A stretch of 64,000 nt of DNA, taken from the NCBI GenBank assembly GCA_963931185.1, contig OZ006981.1:295910-359909 (forward strand), written 5' to 3'. This stretch comes from an uncultured Bacilli bacterium (GTDB taxonomy: Bacteria; Bacillota_I; Bacilli_A; RF39; UBA660). Positions 58,020 to 64,000 of the stretch are shown in pieces (position 1 is the stretch's first letter; each line of letters opens with the position of its first letter). The notes under the pieces are model-generated. The model worked only from the letters and a program-made list of their open reading frames with translations, was not told the DNA's origin and made no database searches. Position numbers and translations under genes: made by a program.

Positions 58020-60251
58020 TTACATTTTCTCGTGAAAAGTTCTTGCTATAACTTCTTCTTGTTGTTTTCTTGTAAGTCTATTAAAACGAACTGCATATCC
58101 TGAAACACGAATAGTTAAAAGTGGATATTTTTCTGGATGTTCCATTGCATCTATCAATGTTTCTCTATTCAATACATTAACATTTAAATGATGTGCTTTT
58201 TGAATAAAATATCCATCTAATAATGAAACAAGATTATTAATTCTTTCTTCTTCACTAGTACCTAAGGCTGAAGGAACTATTGAAAATGTATTAGATATTC
58301 CATCTCTACAGCAATTGCAATAATCTAACTTTGCAACAGAATTTAAACTTGCTAATGCTCCACTTTTATCTCTTTCATGCATTGGATTAGCACCTGGCGC
58401 AAAAGCAATTCCTTTTTTTCTTCCGTCTGGAGTTGATCCTGTTTTAGAACCATAAACAACATTTGAAGTAATTGTTAATACTGATAATGTTACTTCAGCA
58501 TTTCTATGTGTTTTATGACTTGCTAACTCTTTATACATTTTTTCCAATACTTCTTTTGCAATATTATCTACTCTATCATCATCATTTCCGTATTTTGGAA
58601 AATCTCCTTCTATTTCAAAATCTACAGCTATTCCATTTTCATCACGTATTGGTTTTACCTTTGCATATTTAATAGCAGATAAACTATCAGCTACTACTGA
58701 AAGTCCTGCTACACCATAAGCCATAAGTCTATGAACATCAGTATCATGCAAAGCCATTTGTCCTGCTTCGTAAGCATATTTATCATGCATATAATGAATT
58801 ATATTCATAGCATTTGAATATATTTCAGCTATTTTTTCTAACATTTTAAAATAACTTTTCTTTACTTTAGCATAATCAAGAACCTCGTCTTGCATAATTT
58901 CAAAACCATCTATTACTTTATCACCTTTAATTTCATCAATTCCACCATTAATAGAATAAAGTAATGCTTTAGCTAAATTACAACGTGCCCCAAAATATTG
59001 CATATCTTTACCAACACGCATAGCAGAAACACAACATGCAATTGCATAATCTTCACCATATATTGGACGCATAATATCATCATTTTCATATTGAATAGAA
59101 TCAGTAACAATACTCATTTTTGCACAATATTTTTTAAACGCATCTGGTAAATCCTTACTCCATAGAACAGTTAAATTTGGCTCTGGTGCTGAATCTAAAT
59201 TAGTTAGTGTATGTAAAATACGATAACTTGTCTTAGTAACCATAGATTTACCTTTTTTATTTAGACCACCAATTGAACAAGTTACCCATGTTGGATCACC
59301 AGAGAATAGTTCATCATATTCTGGTGTTCTTAAATGCCTTGCAATTCTTAATTTAATAACAAACTGATCTATTAATTCTTGAGCATCTTTTTCTGTTAAT
59401 GTTCCATCATTAATATCTCTATTTATATATATATCGAAGAAAGCGTCTACTCTACCTAAACTCATTGCAGCGCCATTATTTTCTTTAATAGCAGCAAGAT
59501 AACCAAAATAAGTCCATTGAATAGCTTCTTTTGCATTTTTTGCTGGTTTTGAAATATCAAAGCCATATTTACTTGCCATACTTTTTATTGCAGCAAGAGC
59601 GCGATATTGCATTGATACATCTTCTCGTAGTTGTATAAGCTCATCAGACATTGGTCCTACAAGTTTATTATCCCATTCATTTTTTTTCTGTTCCATTAAA
59701 TAATCAATACCATACAAAGCAATACGACGATAATCACCAATTATTCTTCCACGACCATAGGCATCTGGAAGACCTGTTAATAAACCAACATGTCTTGCCT
59801 TACGAATATCATTTGTATAAGCATCAAATACTCCTTGATTATGAGTTTTTCTAAACTCATTAAAATACTTATCGACATCTTTATTAAGTTCATAACCATA
59901 TGCTTCAAGTTCTTGATAAACCATTCTTATTCCACCATATGGATTAACAATTCTCTTTAAAGGTTCATCCGTTTGAAGTCCAACAATTACTTCATTGTCT
60001 TTATCAATATAACCAGCTTCAAAATTATCTATTCCTGACATATGATCAACATCAATATCAAGAACATGTTTCTTTAACTCTTCTTTTAATAATTCTTGAC
60101 ATTTATCCCATACATTTTTAGTTTTAGACGTTACAGCTGATAAAAACTTTTCATCGCCATCATAACTTTCATAGTTTTCTTGAATAAAACTATCTACATC
60201 TATTTCTTTAACCCAATTCCCCTCTTTAAAATTTTTCCATTCTTCTTTCAT
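58020..60251 (-). CDS. pflB: Formate C-acetyltransferase (pyruvate formate-lyase)
   Basis: Glycine-radical motif RVSGYAV and active-site CC (IACCVSAM). Confidence 0.9.
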   Translation of the reverse strand: MKEEWKNFKEGNWVKEIDVDSFIQENYESYDGDEKFLSAVTSKTKNVWDKCQELLKEELKKHVLDIDVDHMSGIDNFEAGYIDKDNEVIVGLQTDEPLKRIVNPYGGIRMVYQELEAYGYELNKDVDKYFNEFRKTHNQGVFDAYTNDIRKARHVGLLTGLPDAYGRGRIIGDYRRIALYGIDYLMEQKKNEWDNKLVGPMSDELIQLREDVSMQYRALAAIKSMASKYGFDISKPAKNAKEAIQWTYFGYLAAIKENNGAAMSLGRVDAFFDIYINRDINDGTLTEKDAQELIDQFVIKLRIARHLRTPEYDELFSGDPTWVTCSIGGLNKKGKSMVTKTSYRILHTLTNLDSAPEPNLTVLWSKDLPDAFKKYCAKMSIVTDSIQYENDDIMRPIYGEDYAIACCVSAMRVGKDMQYFGARCNLAKALLYSINGGIDEIKGDKVIDGFEIMQDEVLDYAKVKKSYFKMLEKIAEIYSNAMNIIHYMHDKYAYEAGQMALHDTDVHRLMAYGVAGLSVVADSLSAIKYAKVKPIRDENGIAVDFEIEGDFPKYGNDDDRVDNIAKEVLEKMYKELASHKTHRNAEVTLSVLTITSNVVYGSKTGSTPDGRKKGIAFAPGANPMHERDKSGALASLNSVAKLDYCNCCRDGISNTFSIVPSALGTSEEERINNLVSLLDGYFIQKAHHLNVNVLNRETLIDAMEHPEKYPLLTIRVSGYAVRFNRLTRKQQEEVIARTFHEKM

Positions 60252-60362
60252 TCTGTTACCTCCATTAATTATGCATGATTTATGATTATATCATTTTATT
60301 TAAAAAATTTCTATATTTTTTTATCATATTATATATTTTATTATTTAATTTTATTTTAATAC

Positions 60363-61460
60363 TTAATTTGAATTATCTTCTAAACATTTTTTTATTTTTA
60401 AAGCAATTTCTTCTTTTCCATTAAACAAATGAGCAATAGAAATATTATTGTTAAGTGTATTTATAATATTAGCTACTTGACTAGAGCAATCAACTGAAAA
60501 AAACCATTTTTCTTTTTTTACACTATCTGGAACATAAGATAAATTAGTTGAATAAATTTTATTAAATAATCTATTCTTATAAGCTTCTTTAAAATTATCA
60601 ATTCCCTCTGTAAATAATGCAAATGTCGTAACCAAAAAAATTTTTCTAGCACCTTTTTTCTTCAACTCTTCGCAAACTTCAATCATAGATCCACCACTTG
60701 CAATCATATCATCTACAACAATAATATTTTTTCCAAAAACGTCGTCCCCCATATATGCATGACATATTATTGGATTTTTTCCATCTACAATTTTACTATA
60801 ATCTCTTCTTTTATAAAAAAGGCCAACATTACATCCTAACATATCAGCATAATATCTAGCTCTTTCCATAGCACCAGTATCTGGGCTAATAACTAAAAGA
60901 TTATCTATACTATCAATTTCATTTTCAACTATTTTATCTAAAATAGTATGTGTTGGATAAAAATTTTCAAAAGGAAGTGTTGGTATTGCATTACAAATAT
61001 TAGGATCATGTGCGTCAAATGTGACAATATCATTTATCCCTAACCTTTCTAATTCTTGAAGTGCTATAGCACAATCTAAAGATTCTCTTCCTTTCCTTCT
61101 ATGTTGTCTTGACTGATACAATAAAGGCATGATTAATGTTATTTTATTAGCATGACCAGATATTGCACTTATAACTCTTTTAATATCTTGAAAATGTTCA
61201 TCAGGAGCCATAAAATGTTCTTTACCATGAAGCATATAACTAATATTATAGTTACCTATATCTGTTAAAATAAAAATATTTTTTCCTCTTACAGTTTCAT
61301 TAATTTTTACCTTACCTTCACCATTTTGAAATCTACTAGCTGAAATGCTTATCAAATGATTTTCGTTACTACCATTTATTTTATTTAAATTTTTGTCTAA
61401 TAAATCTCCAAATTCCTTCATTGAATCCATAACTATTATTTTTAAATCACTACTACTCAT
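60363..61460 (-). CDS. prs: Ribose-phosphate pyrophosphokinase family protein (long form)
   Basis: VISPDTGAMERARYYADMLG and PRPP-binding IVVDDMIASGGSM. Confidence 0.7.
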   Translation of the reverse strand: MSSSDLKIIVMDSMKEFGDLLDKNLNKINGSNENHLISISASRFQNGEGKVKINETVRGKNIFILTDIGNYNISYMLHGKEHFMAPDEHFQDIKRVISAISGHANKITLIMPLLYQSRQHRRKGRESLDCAIALQELERLGINDIVTFDAHDPNICNAIPTLPFENFYPTHTILDKIVENEIDSIDNLLVISPDTGAMERARYYADMLGCNVGLFYKRRDYSKIVDGKNPIICHAYMGDDVFGKNIIVVDDMIASGGSMIEVCEELKKKGARKIFLVTTFALFTEGIDNFKEAYKNRLFNKIYSTNLSYVPDSVKKEKWFFSVDCSSQVANIINTLNNNISIAHLFNGKEEIALKIKKCLEDNSN

Positions 61461-61499
61461 AAAACCTCCACTACTTTTACTACAAAAAAAAGGAATCCA

Positions 61500-62072
61500 C
61501 TATTTTGATTTTAGTTGATCCCTATTAACATAAGTTATAATTACTAAATACATAAACGGCAATATAATATATGCATTAGCACTAAATAGGGTAATATATT
61601 TTAATCCAGATACAAACGCTGAATCATATAATACAAAATAATGTAAAATAGACGCAACTATTGCAACGAAGAAGAAAATAAACAAATTAGTAGCTACCCT
61701 TACTTTATTATTATATTCCATAATATTTTTCACAGTATAATATGCATAAGCTACCATAAGAATTAACTGAGTAAGTAAAACCATATAGATTGATAAATCA
61801 GGTCTTATTACACGTGGTAAAGTATCATAAAATAAACAATTCATATTTGACAAAACACTACACTCTGTTACTTCACCTACTGACTTTAATGAATAAAATC
61901 CAACACATATATAACTTAATAATAAAAACATAAGTGAAAATGCAATAAATATCAATAAATTTTCTTTGCCTTTTCTTTTTACTTTAACATCTCTTAAAAA
62001 TAATGTTGTAGGTATATATACTACAAAACAAAATGATGCTATTAAAATTGCAATAAAAATTATTAATTCCAT
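61500..62072 (-). CDS. Hypothetical polytopic membrane protein
   Basis: 190 aa with about 5 TM helices. Confidence 0.4.
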   Translation of the reverse strand: MELIIFIAILIASFCFVVYIPTTLFLRDVKVKRKGKENLLIFIAFSLMFLLLSYICVGFYSLKSVGEVTECSVLSNMNCLFYDTLPRVIRPDLSIYMVLLTQLILMVAYAYYTVKNIMEYNNKVRVATNLFIFFFVAIVASILHYFVLYDSAFVSGLKYITLFSANAYIILPFMYLVIITYVNRDQLKSK

Positions 62073-62163
62073 AAATCCTCCTATTACTTATCTTATATTA
62101 TTGTTATATCATATATTAAAAAAATAAACAAATAAAATTATATTTTTTTTATTACTTTTACAT

Positions 62164-63024
62164 TTATTTTTCGAAAACTTTTTTTAAATTTAAACTAGCC
62201 AAATATATTTGATTTTTTTTTAATGATTTATTATTCTGTAATATTTTTATTGCATCCTTTAAAGAACAATTATTTTTTACAATTATATCCACTAGTAATG
62301 CCTCAATACTAAAACAAGTATCTTCTTTTTTTTCATTAAATTCTTTTTTTTCTTTTTGTAATACAACTACATATTCACCTTTCTCAATATTAGGATCTTC
62401 CTTTAAGATTTGTAATACCTCACTTATCTTTCCGAAAAAACCTCTTTCGTGAATCTTAGTTAAATCAGAAGCTATAAAAACTAAAGCGTCACTAAAAGTT
62501 TTATTTAATATTTCTATTAGTTTTAATAAACGCCTTGGAGATTCATAAATTACAAATGTATTTATATCGCTATTTTTTATTTCATCTAATTTCTTTTTCA
62601 ATTTTGTATTATCTGTTGGAAGAAAGCCACAAAAAGAAAAAGTCGAAGTATCTAATCCAGAAATTGATAATGCAGTTATTATGGCAGATGGACCAGGTAT
62701 TCCTATAATTGTTATTTTATTTTCTCTAGCTAATTTCACTAATTCATATCCAGGATCTGATATACAAGGAGTTCCTGCATCAGATACTAATACTACATTT
62801 TTACCTTCTAATATTTTTTCAATTATAACATTACTTTTACTTTTTTCATTAAACTTATGATATGATGTCATGCTTTTTTTAATACCATAATAATTCAATA
62901 ACTTTACAGTATTGCGTGTATCTTCAGCTGCAATAAAATCACAATTATTTAAAACATCTAAAACTCTTTTTGATATATCATTTAAATTTCCAATAGGAGT
63001 AGCTACAACAAATAAAGTTCCCAT
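62164..63024 (-). CDS. rsmI: 16S rRNA (cytidine1402-2'-O)-methyltransferase RsmI
   Basis: MGTLFVVATPIGNLNDIS tetrapyrrole-methylase-fold N-terminus. Confidence 0.85.
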   Translation of the reverse strand: MGTLFVVATPIGNLNDISKRVLDVLNNCDFIAAEDTRNTVKLLNYYGIKKSMTSYHKFNEKSKSNVIIEKILEGKNVVLVSDAGTPCISDPGYELVKLARENKITIIGIPGPSAIITALSISGLDTSTFSFCGFLPTDNTKLKKKLDEIKNSDINTFVIYESPRRLLKLIEILNKTFSDALVFIASDLTKIHERGFFGKISEVLQILKEDPNIEKGEYVVVLQKEKKEFNEKKEDTCFSIEALLVDIIVKNNCSLKDAIKILQNNKSLKKNQIYLASLNLKKVFEK

Positions 63025-63473
63025 ATTTTCATCACCAAAACAATTATAGCATGTATATAATTATAATTAAACTTAAAGAAAATAAAAATATCACTTATGG
63101 ATATTTACAATGGACATTTTTAATTTTTTTAATCATCATAAATGACAGCCAACATAATTTTGTAATATTAGTCTAAAGTTCTTTATATAAAATAGATAAA
63201 TGTATAACAATTATAATATAGAAAACGATAAGTTACTTTTACCCTAATATTGTATATGCACGTCTTTTTATGTTGTTAAGACTTATCTAATTATTACTTC
63301 TAATAGTTATGCTAAACTATTTTTTCTCTTTATAATATTCTTTAGTTTGTCAACTAATTACAATATTTTACAAAAAATTTAAAAATTTAATTTACATATT
63401 TAAAATATTAATTATTATAAAAATAATGCTAACAATCATTATAATAATTGCTAAAGTTTTATACCAATCAAGT

Positions 63474-63980
63474 TTAATCTTCATTTTTCCTCCTTTTAAT
63501 ACCTAAATATTTTGGATATTGTGTAGGATGTAATAACACTGTCGACGACACCATTTTATCTGCAACAGTAACAATCCATGATTCAATATATTTAGGAGGT
63601 ATTGGATTGAGTGGAAACATATGCTTCACTATAATATCTTTTATTTTTGGAGTAATTAAGTCATTAAAATATTTTTTTGAATTTTTGTAAGCATCTCTAG
63701 CATGTGTAAAGCCATGCATTTTAAATAAAGAAGTTTTTTCATTGTTATTTTCCTGCCATGGTTTACTATAAAAATCATGAAGTAAGCCACCTATAGTAGC
63801 ACTTTTATAATCCACGCCCATCTTTTTTGCAATTTTATATGACAACAATGATACTTTTAATGAATGATTATACACACTCTCATTTTCATGATGCATAAAT
63901 TTTTTTCTTTTTCTAAATTCCTCGTTTTCTAATATTGGTTTTATTATGTTATAATATTCAATAAAATGATGAATTCGCAT
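63474..63980 (-). CDS. HD-domain phosphohydrolase
   Basis: H...HD motif (NHSLKV...GGLLHDF). Confidence 0.55.
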   Translation of the reverse strand: MRIHHFIEYYNIIKPILENEEFRKRKKFMHHENESVYNHSLKVSLLSYKIAKKMGVDYKSATIGGLLHDFYSKPWQENNNEKTSLFKMHGFTHARDAYKNSKKYFNDLITPKIKDIIVKHMFPLNPIPPKYIESWIVTVADKMVSSTVLLHPTQYPKYLGIKRRKNED

Positions 63981-64000
63981 TTATTTATCACTTTCTTTTT

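Noticed and set aside
1-64000. Search for CRISPR arrays, rRNA genes, IS elements with terminal inverted repeats, and riboswitch/T-box leaders
   Set aside because: No regularly spaced repeat-spacer arrays, no rRNA-like GC-rich blocks, no transposase-like ORFs, and no long structured leaders were found. The only mobile element evident is the tRNA-Lys integrative island.

Overview
AT-rich (~27-30% GC) low-GC Firmicute chromosome segment, possibly Erysipelotrichia- or Clostridia-like. Most of the window is conserved housekeeping genes on the minus strand: infB-comEB-ylxR-nusA-rimP; efp; a class B PBP; nfo; lon; tig; greA; the mltG-trmR-trhP operon; ruvX; lspA-rluD; rpe-rsgA-prkC-stp-rlmN; pflBA; prs; rsmI. 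An accessory stretch at ~11.6-28 kb holds two orphan prepilin-like genes, a HipA_C-like kinase gene and a tRNA-Ser(GCU). Its most notable feature is a ~9.9-kb integrated element (16261..26158) that splits a tRNA-Lys(CUU) gene in its anticodon loop. The two tRNA halves sit at 16212-16260 and 26159-26198, flanked by a 13-bp direct-repeat core. The element carries a tyrosine integrase and Xis at its left end, candidate arm-type repeats near both ends, and its own intact tRNA-Lys(CUU) copy next to the right att site. Its cargo genes could not be assigned to any family I recognise: a monocistronic gene A, a translationally coupled B/C pair, and an XRE-controlled five-gene operon of small zinc-ribbon, Cys-rich, lipoprotein and membrane-anchored proteins. 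A second small module follows (Xis-like HTH, GNAT, winged-helix Rep-like). The cargo is the best candidate for an undescribed accessory or defence system. A WXG100-like pair lies just outside the element. A ribosomal protein L33 gene appears frameshifted in a homopolymer. No CRISPR array and no rRNA gene were seen.
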